Virus record (IMG/VR): IMGVR_UViG_3300037245_001077
Location: 112,534-176,533 of that record
Reading direction: 5' to 3' (one strand)
Source: a virus
DNA length: 64,000 nucleotides
Under the pieces are notes generated by a model, which worked only from the letters and a program-made list of their open reading frames with translations, was not told the DNA's origin and searched no databases. Position numbers and translations under genes: made by a program. Below, in pieces: positions 1 to 8,695 of this stretch. Every line of letters starts with the position of its first letter. Positions within the stretch are counted from its first letter, which is position 1.

Positions 1-6
1 GAAGAG

Positions 7-1473
7 GTGCAAAAATTTCTTGTTAAGCACCGTATGCATACCCTGATCCAGGGGTTTGCTCGGAATCTTGCTAAGTATGGAGACATGTTCCTATCCTTGA
101 GGTATACGTATGAGGGGATTGATCGTATTCTCTATCTTCCCCCGGACTATATCCACCGTATTGGCCCTAGTCTGGATCAGATTAAGCACTTCAAGCTGGA
201 GCACCAGCTTGCCAAGGTTTCTCCCCGTCAAGATGGGCTGTTGCTCCCTTGGGAGTGTGTCCATTTAAGATTGCTTTCGTTCGGGTTCTCCACTCTTTAT
301 GGGCGTTCTATGATTGAGCCTGCACGTAAGCGTTGGTTGCACCTAAAACTTCTTGAAGATGCGGTTGCTATCTACCGTTTGAATCGGGCTGTTGAGCGGA
401 TCGTTTTCTACATCGATGTGGGTTCTGCTTCACCTTCTGAGTCTCTGCGGATTGTAAACACCTACAAACGGAAGTTTGGAAATAAGCGTTCTTACATTGA
501 TCCGTCGCAGGGTACATTCGAGCAGCAGTATGACCCCCACAACATGTTGGAAAACATCTACTGGCCTGTGAATAGTGCTACTGAGCGATCTCGCATCGAG
601 AAGCTGAACCCTCCGCCTGAGCAGGGACAACTTCAGGATCTTGATCACTTCAACGAGAAACTTTATGTGGCTCTAGGTATTCCGCGTGATTACCTAACTG
701 GAGAAACTTCAGGAAGCTGGAATAGCCGGGAAGCTTTGGCTCTTCAAGATGTTCGATTCTCCCGTAAGCTACATATGCTTCAGATTGCTCTCCTAGAGGG
801 CCTGGAGACCCTGTGCCGCTTCCACCTTGCTGTCCTGTGGGGCGATCCTGACAGAGCGGTAGCAGCTCGGTTTAATCTCCATCTAGCGGATATCTCTAAG
901 GTAGCTCGCCAACAGTACGACACCGTTATGCTTAATCGTATCCAGCTCTTGACCATGATGAATGATCTTGGTACTCAAATGAGCTTTAACCGGGACGTGT
1001 GGGTACCGTTTGTTGTTGAGAACTTCTTCCCTGATATTCCGAAAGAAATGATTTCGCAGTTGATCATCCCTGATGAAGAGTTGGCTGCGGCAGGAGATGA
1101 GTTAGACGCTATGAGAAATCCTCCTCCTGCTGCGGCAGCAGCTAAGAAACCTGCTGCGGCAGCAGCCAAGAAACCTGCTGCGGCAGCAGCCAAGAAACCT
1201 GCTGCTAAAAAGAAGAAGACTACTACTGAGGTTATCCGGCACACGATCATGAATGATTTGTTGAGCCGTAATCTCGTAGAAGATAAGGACAAAAAACTTT
1301 TAGAAGATCTCCTTGCTGTAAGTGGGACCATACAGGGTCCACAGGATTTCTCTTTTACTTTAGACCACCCTGTAGAAATTCCACGGAAAGTTTTACAAGA
1401 GTTGGTGAAGCAACATTCGAGGAAGAAGAAGCCTAATAGTGTCCTCGTGGAGACAACCAATGGGGGTAAGTAG
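7..1473 (+). CDS. Portal protein, T4 gp20-like (probably 5'-truncated by the window edge)
   Basis: gp20 motifs YGRSMIEPARK..LKLLEDAVAIYRLNRAVERIVFYIDVG, LY.ALGIP..YL and DVRFSRK..LQ; frame is open to the window start; the C-terminus carries PAAAAAKK repeats. Confidence 0.92.
   Translation: MQKFLVKHRMHTLIQGFARNLAKYGDMFLSLRYTYEGIDRILYLPPDYIHRIGPSLDQIKHFKLEHQLAKVSPRQDGLLLPWECVHLRLLSFGFSTLYGRSMIEPARKRWLHLKLLEDAVAIYRLNRAVERIVFYIDVGSASPSESLRIVNTYKRKFGNKRSYIDPSQGTFEQQYDPHNMLENIYWPVNSATERSRIEKLNPPPEQGQLQDLDHFNEKLYVALGIPRDYLTGETSGSWNSREALALQDVRFSRKLHMLQIALLEGLETLCRFHLAVLWGDPDRAVAARFNLHLADISKVARQQYDTVMLNRIQLLTMMNDLGTQMSFNRDVWVPFVVENFFPDIPKEMISQLIIPDEELAAAGDELDAMRNPPPAAAAAKKPAAAAAKKPAAAAAKKPAAKKKKTTTEVIRHTIMNDLLSRNLVEDKDKKLLEDLLAVSGTIQGPQDFSFTLDHPVEIPRKVLQELVKQHSRKKKPNSVLVETTNGGK
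1126..1212 (+). repeat. 24-nt tandem repeat (about 3.5 copies) encoding PAAAAAKK in the portal tail
   Basis: Unit cctgctgcggcagcagc(t/c)aagaaa is directly visible. Confidence 0.95.
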
Positions 1474-1805
1474 TGTCAGTAACCTATCAGAAGTTGGCCG
1501 GTCGAATTCAGAATGACCCAAAGGCCCTAGACTACACACAAACGCAGCTCATGATCCTGATGAACAGGGTTTTCTTTCACATTGGGGATGCGCTAGCTTC
1601 CGGTGAAGACGTATACCTTGAAGGCTTTGGTCGGTTTTACCCAGACTGTAAACCCCCAAGAAAGATCAAGTCGGGGTTAACGTCAGAAGAGCACTTGACA
1701 GAGTTCAAAGTATTTGTTAAGTTCAATGCGTTTAAACAGTTAAATATCCAAGTGCAAGAATTGATGAAACGCTTGGGTATAGAAGATTACCCAGAAGGAG
1801 AGTAA
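1473..1805 (+). CDS. HU/IHF-family DNA-binding protein
   Basis: ALASGEDVYLEGFGRF, arm PPRKIKSGLT and VKF.AFKQL match the HU/IHF signature; GTG start overlaps the portal stop (TAGTG). Confidence 0.85.
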   Translation: MSVTYQKLAGRIQNDPKALDYTQTQLMILMNRVFFHIGDALASGEDVYLEGFGRFYPDCKPPRKIKSGLTSEEHLTEFKVFVKFNAFKQLNIQVQELMKRLGIEDYPEGE

Positions 1806-1806
1806 A

Positions 1807-1983
1807 ATGCTTCCGCACCAAAAGAACCCACAAAAAGAAGAAGAGCCGTTTACCACTATGGATAGAGAGATGGCTAAGGTCTACAAAGAGACCCATCCTC
1901 ATTACGATGAAGAAGATTACTACGGTACCAAAGCTGCACTTGAGCCGGATACTGAAGACGACGATGACAAAGAAACTGCATGA
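1807..1983 (+). CDS. Small acidic hypothetical protein (58 aa, not in the ORF track)
   Basis: Hand translation MLPHQKNPQKEEEPFTTMDREMAKVYKETHPHYDEEDYYGTKAALEPDTEDDDDKETA*; SD AAGGAG upstream; fills the gap between neighbouring genes. Confidence 0.6.
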   Translation: MLPHQKNPQKEEEPFTTMDREMAKVYKETHPHYDEEDYYGTKAALEPDTEDDDDKETA

Positions 1984-2731
1984 AGCCAAGAATATTGGCG
2001 GTCATGCTGCGACAAAGAGTCCATGGCGACATCATGCGATAGTTGCCACTGTAAGTGCGGCCCTTCGCCCAGGTAGATCTCAAGCCCTACACGATGTAGG
2101 GCAGCGGATGATGTTCCCTCGTTTTGCTAGGCTTGAGGCCGAATTCCGTAGACAATTGACGGATACCTTCAAGACTATCACCACAAACGGGGAGATGAGC
2201 AACCGGAAGATAAAAAAGATCTTCCGGATTTTCTATACCCAAGCTTTTCAAATGGGGCAAGCTGTTTCCAAAGGGGGAATTAGCCAGAAGCTTCCTCCAC
2301 TTAACAAGGAGGATAAGCGGTGGTTAGAAACCTACCTGCGGAAAGAGTTTGATCTGTGGAAAAAGTTCATGGGCGATGTCCGGGCCAAAAAAGGAAAGAT
2401 GGATTACGACCAGCGTAAGGAGTTGTATGTTCAAAGCCTGAGATCCATGTATCACAGTTCTCGGGTGATTGCTACACCACCTATGACATTGTTCTATTGG
2501 ATGACCACTCCAGCGGAGCACTGTCCACATTGTTTGTACTTGCAGGCGAAAAGCCCGTACATAAAGGAAAATCTCCCTACGGTTCCCGCAAGTGGAGATA
2601 CGCAATGCCAGAGCAATTGTCGCTGTCATCTACGGGCAGTTCAAGTTACCATCGTGGAATATCTTAGGGTCAAACAAAAAGCCCCGACTCGTCAGGAGCT
2701 TCTTCGGGGAATGCGTGCCCTCACCAGATAA
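1964..2731 (+). CDS. Head morphogenesis protein, Mu gpF / SPP1 gp7-like
   Basis: C-terminal W......HCPHC...P...T.CQSNCRC resembles the gpF Cys motif; lies next to the portal; start placed at ATG 1964 (MTKKLHE) rather than 1907. Confidence 0.65.
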   Translation: MTKKLHEAKNIGGHAATKSPWRHHAIVATVSAALRPGRSQALHDVGQRMMFPRFARLEAEFRRQLTDTFKTITTNGEMSNRKIKKIFRIFYTQAFQMGQAVSKGGISQKLPPLNKEDKRWLETYLRKEFDLWKKFMGDVRAKKGKMDYDQRKELYVQSLRSMYHSSRVIATPPMTLFYWMTTPAEHCPHCLYLQAKSPYIKENLPTVPASGDTQCQSNCRCHLRAVQVTIVEYLRVKQKAPTRQELLRGMRALTR

Positions 2732-2764
2732 GCTGCGGTATTCATTAACTGGTAGGAGTTGGAT

Positions 2765-3238
2765 ATGAATTTGGTTGAAAAGCTAGACGCCTTCCTCACA
2801 GACATGTTGGGGAAAGGGTTTTCTGGGGGTGAGATTGCGGAACTACTCCTATTTGAAGATTTTCAATTATCGGAGACCGTAAAGCGTGTTCGCCGTAAAG
2901 TAAGTGGGATCAACGTTACTATACGTAAAGTGGGGCGTCCTAACCCCCTTAGATCTCAAAAAGCTAAGAGAGCTGCACGTGCCCACAGAGCTACTCGGGC
3001 AGCCGCTTCGCGTAGGTTCCAACGGTCTCCTAAGGCCAAGCAGATGCGTCGAGTGATGTCTCGGGTACGGAAGACTAAGCCTAAGCGTCTTAGCCGTCCT
3101 AAGCGTCCAGCAATGCGGCGTCCTAAGCGTCCAGCAACCCGGCGTCCTAAGCGTATAGCGACACGGCGTCCTAAGCGTTCAGCGACACGGCGTCCTAGAG
3201 TGAAGCGGTATGGTCCTCCTCGTCGGCGTAGGCGGTAA
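2765..3238 (+). CDS. Arg-rich prohead core/internal protein (gp68-like architecture, protamine-like tail)
   Basis: Acidic N-terminal leader ending ..FQLSE, then a very basic remainder with RRPKRxAx repeats; SD AGGAG 6 nt before ATG 2765. Confidence 0.6.
   Translation: MNLVEKLDAFLTDMLGKGFSGGEIAELLLFEDFQLSETVKRVRRKVSGINVTIRKVGRPNPLRSQKAKRAARAHRATRAAASRRFQRSPKAKQMRRVMSRVRKTKPKRLSRPKRPAMRRPKRPATRRPKRIATRRPKRSATRRPRVKRYGPPRRRRR
3080..3200 (+). repeat. Degenerate ~24-nt tandem repeat encoding RRPKR(P/I/S)A(M/T)
   Basis: cgtcctaagcgt recurs four times at 24-nt spacing, with partial copies on both sides. Confidence 0.9.
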
Positions 3239-3241
3239 ATT

Positions 3242-6200
3242 ATGAGAGTTGGGGACACTTTTCCTTCTAATGTTCGTTGGCGTTTCTATGACATCATGGA
3301 AATTGACCAAAAAGAATTTAGAAAACGCAGCAACCACAACGGTATTACCAAGTTGATGTGGCATGGCCTCTTCGGGGGCAATTCTAAAACTTTGCCCATG
3401 GTGTATGTCAACGGTATTCCCGCAGAAGAAACTCCTGACCGGGAGAAGTATCTCGTACTTCGCCCAAAGGGGAGAGAGGGGCTACTTTCGGCTACTGCCC
3501 TAGCAACTAAGCACGGGCATCTTCCTCGTAGCTTTTCTGCTTATCTTGTAGCGCCTTCTCCCGAGTTCTTTGAAAGTTTGTCAGTAAAAGCATATGGGCT
3601 TTGGCAGGACGTTGCAGATAGGAAAATAACTGCGAAAGCTGCTGAAGGAAAAATAGAAGACTTCGTTAACAGAGAAGCCGATAAGATTGTTTTAGGGCGA
3701 ATAGTTATCCGGGCGAATAGCCGATCAACCAAAAGAGAGTGGACCTCCTTCCAGGTGAGCGCGGATATGGGTAGCCGGGAAGTCATGCGTTGGGGAGGAT
3801 TGGCTGTTGGTACAAGTAATTTTCCTGCACAAGAGAAAGCAAAGCTTACAACAGGGATTAGCCCCAGTAACCGAGAGCTAGATGTTCGTTCAGCGGTTAC
3901 TCTAAACTATTATGCTGGGGCTTGGAAACTGTTCCAAAAGTTTGTGACCAGTCCTAGAACATCAGAGGGGCCTATAGCTCAACTCCATAAAGCTTTGAAC
4001 GCTGGTTCGGTACGCGAAGGTTATGACACAGCAGACACGCCACACAAAAGAAAGCCTGAAGGGACGCCTGAGGTTCCTAAAGAAGAAGACAAGCCCACTT
4101 TCCGTAGACAAGAGTACAACCGCAGTAAGGTTGTTCCCTCTCGTCCCGTGACAGGTGGTGGGGATGCCGCTAATTTTGTCACCGCGAAAACGAGTGAAAA
4201 AGTATGGCAAAATGCCCAAGGGGTGTACATAGTCCCTAAGGATATGAACAGAAGGTCGATGGGGAGGCTACAGCCTGTTAGCACAGTGGCTCCTTTGGTT
4301 GAGACAAGTGAGTTCAAGGTAATCTTTGGGATTGTGTATGACCACCCACTGTTTAACTCTAGACTCAAAGACCAAATTTGGTGGTACTCTAACCGAAACC
4401 AGTTTATTGCTTCTGCCAAAGAATACGCCATGATGTTTGGAGATCAAGCGCACTTGGCCTATCGGATTATCCCAAAAAGAGGGAAATTGGCCAATACGTA
4501 CATCTCCAAGAACGTGTTTTCTTCACAGTTTACTAGCCCGGAAGTGAATGAAACTACGATTGAGCTAGGGCGTTTGGTACAATCTTTCATTCGAGCAGGG
4601 AAAGAGGGCCAACGGCAATACCCCGTTATAGTCCAAAAACGGTTAGGTATCACGGAAAAGGATATACGTAACACGGACAAGGATGAGCGTCCAGAATCAG
4701 TTACTCCTGAAGCTTGGGTTCACTACTTACGTTGGGTTCGTAGGCAGACCAGAGGTGTTTTGGGGCTTAACATTATGGCCTCAATTCCTAAGAAGTATGT
4801 GGACCTTGATACTGGAAAACTCAAGCCTCTTCAATTCTCTCGGTATGACCAGAAAGCGCGTATTGGGCGTAAGAGAACAGAGCAGTTCACAGGAGAAAAA
4901 GACGCTAAGGGTAAGGCTATTGAGCCTTGGGGCCTTTACTTGATCCAGTACCTACTAGCTTACAAAGCCAACCGATCAATGTCGGGGGCTACGTTTATGA
5001 TCCCGCTCAATGTTTTACGTGCTACTAAGGTAGAATTGTCTCCGCGTAATAGCTTAAAACGAATTGATGCAATCTCGTTGAAGAAGCTATTACGAGAGCA
5101 CTACAATAAATACCGTTTTCTGTCTAGTGGGAATTGGCATTTCATCAAAGCTGAAACACATCTTCATTTTCCATTTGCACGATTGATTCGACCTATGGTT
5201 GTTGTTAGTAAGGAAAAACTGGATAAGATCAACCAAAAGATTAGCTATCCAGGGATCAGACGTACTCATCATGGGTACGTAATTGATGGGATTGAGTACT
5301 CAGCTTACGCTATGGTAGTGGCTATGCCCCCATCAGTGGCTGACAAAGAGTTTGGGCTGTTGAATCGCCACGCATACGCACGCCAGATTATTGACGAACC
5401 AGAGATGGTGTATCGTCTACGGCGTACTATCCGAGGCCACCGCCAATCAATGCGGGACATGGGGTTAACCAACGTTTATCTTAAGCTCCAAGGGTTAACA
5501 GATGAAGATCCAGATGTTATGATGGGTAAAAGCCCTGGTGTATCTTTCCACACGAAGAAGTCACTTGCCGGTACAGATCCTATAGACGTACTTGGGAAAA
5601 CTTCAACGATTCTTCCTACGGATTACTACGCTAAGTTTAACGAAATTGGGAAGAGATGGGAACCTATTATTAAATCGGTTCTTGATAGAGCAGGTAACGT
5701 TGTTAAACGTACTGTTATGGGGTACCAAAGTACTAATGATCTTGCACAAAAACACTCAGCATACATACAGTACATCGAGGAAGTGATTAAACTTAACCCA
5801 GCAGTGCGTGGTTATCTCAAACGGTATCTTGCGGATCTGGCACGAGTAAGGGCTACTCCTGGGACAGAACAAGGGGAAATGGCTGCTGCTGCCGATATTT
5901 TTGTTAAGTATTTGGAGCGAGAAGTTAATCCTGGTTCAGGGAAACATTACCGGGTACCTACACTCATTAACCGCTTAGGACTTACAGAGTACCACGCTCC
6001 TTGGGGTTCGGTACATGGTTCTTCTCAAATGATGACCACAAAAGCTCCTTCTGAAGATGTGGCAAAATTGATTATTCTGCACCGACTACTTCGTCGTTCT
6101 GCTCAGAACAAAGCCGTAGGTCGGGTAATGAACGTGACGAGATTTAGGGGAAGAGGGAAATTGTTTCCTGATCTCCATGGACGTATTTTGGCACAATGGG

Positions 6201-6352
6201 CTTCGGCTAAGTTTATGGTGGTCGCAAGTCATGATCCTAAAGGAGTGCGTCGGATTGAACAACGGAGATTCTATAGCGCCCGATCAAGAGAAGTTCAGCA
6301 GGCTGCCCCCATGGGAGACCATCGTTACGCTAAGATGCTACGGACAGATTAA
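3242..6352 (+). CDS. Large basic hypothetical protein (1036 aa), head region
   Basis: Long ORF tightly packed between neighbours; no motif recognised. Confidence 0.8.
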   Translation: MRVGDTFPSNVRWRFYDIMEIDQKEFRKRSNHNGITKLMWHGLFGGNSKTLPMVYVNGIPAEETPDREKYLVLRPKGREGLLSATALATKHGHLPRSFSAYLVAPSPEFFESLSVKAYGLWQDVADRKITAKAAEGKIEDFVNREADKIVLGRIVIRANSRSTKREWTSFQVSADMGSREVMRWGGLAVGTSNFPAQEKAKLTTGISPSNRELDVRSAVTLNYYAGAWKLFQKFVTSPRTSEGPIAQLHKALNAGSVREGYDTADTPHKRKPEGTPEVPKEEDKPTFRRQEYNRSKVVPSRPVTGGGDAANFVTAKTSEKVWQNAQGVYIVPKDMNRRSMGRLQPVSTVAPLVETSEFKVIFGIVYDHPLFNSRLKDQIWWYSNRNQFIASAKEYAMMFGDQAHLAYRIIPKRGKLANTYISKNVFSSQFTSPEVNETTIELGRLVQSFIRAGKEGQRQYPVIVQKRLGITEKDIRNTDKDERPESVTPEAWVHYLRWVRRQTRGVLGLNIMASIPKKYVDLDTGKLKPLQFSRYDQKARIGRKRTEQFTGEKDAKGKAIEPWGLYLIQYLLAYKANRSMSGATFMIPLNVLRATKVELSPRNSLKRIDAISLKKLLREHYNKYRFLSSGNWHFIKAETHLHFPFARLIRPMVVVSKEKLDKINQKISYPGIRRTHHGYVIDGIEYSAYAMVVAMPPSVADKEFGLLNRHAYARQIIDEPEMVYRLRRTIRGHRQSMRDMGLTNVYLKLQGLTDEDPDVMMGKSPGVSFHTKKSLAGTDPIDVLGKTSTILPTDYYAKFNEIGKRWEPIIKSVLDRAGNVVKRTVMGYQSTNDLAQKHSAYIQYIEEVIKLNPAVRGYLKRYLADLARVRATPGTEQGEMAAAADIFVKYLEREVNPGSGKHYRVPTLINRLGLTEYHAPWGSVHGSSQMMTTKAPSEDVAKLIILHRLLRRSAQNKAVGRVMNVTRFRGRGKLFPDLHGRILAQWASAKFMVVASHDPKGVRRIEQRRFYSARSREVQQAAPMGDHRYAKMLRTD

Positions 6353-7401
6353 TGGGTTTTTTGGTTATCGAACGTCACGTATTTTACGCAGAGGGGAAAG
6401 AATATGCTGACCCGCGTTCTGCTGGGCAGACTCATCTCTTTTTGCGTCACCAACGTGTGCCTTGGGAAAATAGTTTCTACAAGAGCGTGGTATACCTTTC
6501 TGGTGCTCAGTTGTCTACTCCTCCTTCTAGTGGAGGACGTTCGGCTGGAATCGAAACCATGCGTGAGTACTTTTTGGGGAGTAAGAAATATGCTCACCCA
6601 AGACTTATCGTGGGGGATATCCATTCATCTAATGAAATTATGTCCAAGAGTCAGATCGGGCAACTTTTAGTAGGGTCATACGCTCGCCGGTACAGTGCTT
6701 TCGCTAGAGAACACACAATCCGAAAGCCTAAAGACAGAGGGAATGAGGGGTGGTTTGTTTTTGACCCCTCTCAACCTGGACGGAAAGCGTTGAAGCGGGA
6801 TACCTACTTACGGTTGGCTAGAGCAGTAGTCAAGAAGATGTCTCCTAACAAAACTACGCGCCCTAAAATGTACACAGGTAAAGATGGTCGTCGTCGGCGT
6901 TATGACACGGACAAGATTATTGTTTTGGGTATGGGGTATCGGTTAGCTTACTACCACGGTCCAACTTCTGAGTTGGCGGATATGGGAGCCGATAACAAGC
7001 TGCAACGTCGAGTTAACCAGTTCTTAAGTAAGCAAGCAGGCTCTGTAGGTGAAGCAGGGAAAGAACAGTGGTTCGTACTTGGGAAGTTCAAGACCGCGTA
7101 TGCGAGTGTTCGTGCGCGTCCTACTCCTCATGGTAGACAGATGAAGGTTTTAACTTACCGTCAGGGTAAGGGTTTACGCCCAGTAGCTAGAGAAGAAAGT
7201 ACAGCCATTAGGCCCCTGTTCATTGTTAACGCTAGGACAGAACAAGAAGCTAAAGAGGAGGCTCAAAAGCGTTTTTCGCAGATGATGGGTACAGATTCGG
7301 TCCAACGTCGGCAAGCTGTACTTCAACAGGAGAAGTGGGTTGATAGCGGAGAAGCTGTCATCCCGCGTAGAATATGGAACATGCACCGCTCAAACCATTA
7401 G
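6352..7401 (+). CDS. Basic hypothetical protein (349 aa)
   Basis: TAATG overlap with the upstream gene; Arg/Lys-rich; N-terminus MGFLVIE. Confidence 0.8.
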   Translation: MGFLVIERHVFYAEGKEYADPRSAGQTHLFLRHQRVPWENSFYKSVVYLSGAQLSTPPSSGGRSAGIETMREYFLGSKKYAHPRLIVGDIHSSNEIMSKSQIGQLLVGSYARRYSAFAREHTIRKPKDRGNEGWFVFDPSQPGRKALKRDTYLRLARAVVKKMSPNKTTRPKMYTGKDGRRRRYDTDKIIVLGMGYRLAYYHGPTSELADMGADNKLQRRVNQFLSKQAGSVGEAGKEQWFVLGKFKTAYASVRARPTPHGRQMKVLTYRQGKGLRPVAREESTAIRPLFIVNARTEQEAKEEAQKRFSQMMGTDSVQRRQAVLQQEKWVDSGEAVIPRRIWNMHRSNH

Positions 7402-7475
7402 AGGACTTCTCTTAAAAAGTTTGGTTCCTGAGGGTTTATTGTGTGTGGATGCATAGATTTGATAGGAGGATTGAC

Positions 7476-7844
7476 ATGAATCGCCCAATAGACACGCTCT
7501 ACTATCAGTGGGTTGCTAATGAAGAAGACAAGCAGATCCCAACTGTGTTTGAAGAGATTACTGAAATGGAAGACGCTGAGAAGTTCGATGACCTTCTAAG
7601 CGTGTATGCTGATGCCGTTGCTGCCCTGATCGAAGGGGAAGTAGCACATCGTGCGCTGATCGAAGAGTACATCACCCAGGCCACTTGTGACGAAGCATTG
7701 CAGGAAGCTGGCCAAGAAGAAATTGCCCAAGCCATCCAAGAGATGGAAGACGTTCAAGAGAGTGAACAAGACGTAACCGCTTGCAGGAATTCTTTGGATA
7801 TCCTGCACACTAGCCTCGTGAAAACGTTTGCTCGGGGCGAGTAA
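7476..7844 (+). CDS. Small acidic helical protein, candidate prohead core (gp67-like character)
   Basis: SD AGGAGG before ATG 7476; Glu-rich with many I/L/V-x-E sites; located between portal and protease. Confidence 0.55.
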   Translation: MNRPIDTLYYQWVANEEDKQIPTVFEEITEMEDAEKFDDLLSVYADAVAALIEGEVAHRALIEEYITQATCDEALQEAGQEEIAQAIQEMEDVQESEQDVTACRNSLDILHTSLVKTFARGE

Positions 7845-7849
7845 AACTG

Positions 7850-8323
7850 ATGAATAAGAAACCGTTAGTTCGGGCGTCACAGATCACCAATGCTGAGGCT
7901 GTACGTGAGGCTCTAAATCGGCTACTATACGGCGACGATGAAGCGCCTAGAGACACGAAAGCTTACGGTTGGAACAAGCTCCACTATGATGAGGGGAGAG
8001 ACGACATGAAGATGTGGTACGAAGAATTGCAGGACATTGATAAGGTCATTTCGGAAGCTGAAGAGGTTAACCCTACAGACCTACCCACGGGTGGGTTAGT
8101 AGAGAAGCTGGATGTCGCAGCAGAGAAATTGAGTAGTTGGTACGCAGCGGCTGTGCCTATTTACCAAAAGCGCATTCTCCATATTCGTTATGACGAGTTG
8201 GCAGAGCTTGCTGGTGACCTTCGTTCTGGAAAGATTAACTCGGCAGAAGCTCAAGCACGTTTTGACGATGTGATGGCAGACGTTAGTGAGATTGTAGACT
8301 TTTCGAAGTTCATGGAGGGTTAA
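7850..8323 (+). CDS. Acidic hypothetical protein, head region
   Basis: ORF packing and operon context; no motif recognised. Confidence 0.7.
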   Translation: MNKKPLVRASQITNAEAVREALNRLLYGDDEAPRDTKAYGWNKLHYDEGRDDMKMWYEELQDIDKVISEAEEVNPTDLPTGGLVEKLDVAAEKLSSWYAAAVPIYQKRILHIRYDELAELAGDLRSGKINSAEAQARFDDVMADVSEIVDFSKFMEG

Positions 8324-8326
8324 GCC

Positions 8327-8695
8327 ATGCCGACCCTATCGTTTGATGGGTCGGTCTACTACTCTAGCGAGGTTGATCGTAGGGAGCTAGTAAGGCTTGC
8401 CCCGTCGTATGATGTTGATGTGCTCATGCAACGTGCTCGGTCTACTATCGTGGCCGCTGACGTTCATGAAATCAACTTTACTGATTTGCCTAACAACAAG
8501 GCTACCAACATTCTTCTCTCTGTAGCAGAGGGGGATGTTGATGTGGCTATTACGGATGATAATTCCGTTGTCAGTACGTATAACCTAAAACCGTCAGGTA
8601 TGATAATCTTGATGAATACGCTTGTTACGGACCTCACTATTACGGCTATTGCCGACTCCGTGTATGACTTGATCGCTGCTGGGAAAGCATCATAA
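8327..8695 (+). CDS. Hypothetical beta-rich protein, possibly virion-associated
   Basis: SD GGAGG upstream; alternating hydrophobic pattern. Confidence 0.7.
   Translation: MPTLSFDGSVYYSSEVDRRELVRLAPSYDVDVLMQRARSTIVAADVHEINFTDLPNNKATNILLSVAEGDVDVAITDDNSVVSTYNLKPSGMIILMNTLVTDLTITAIADSVYDLIAAGKAS

Noticed and set aside
1126-3200. 24-nt tandem repeats as CRISPR-like arrays
   Set aside because: They have no unique spacers, are in-frame coding repeats, and no cas genes are present
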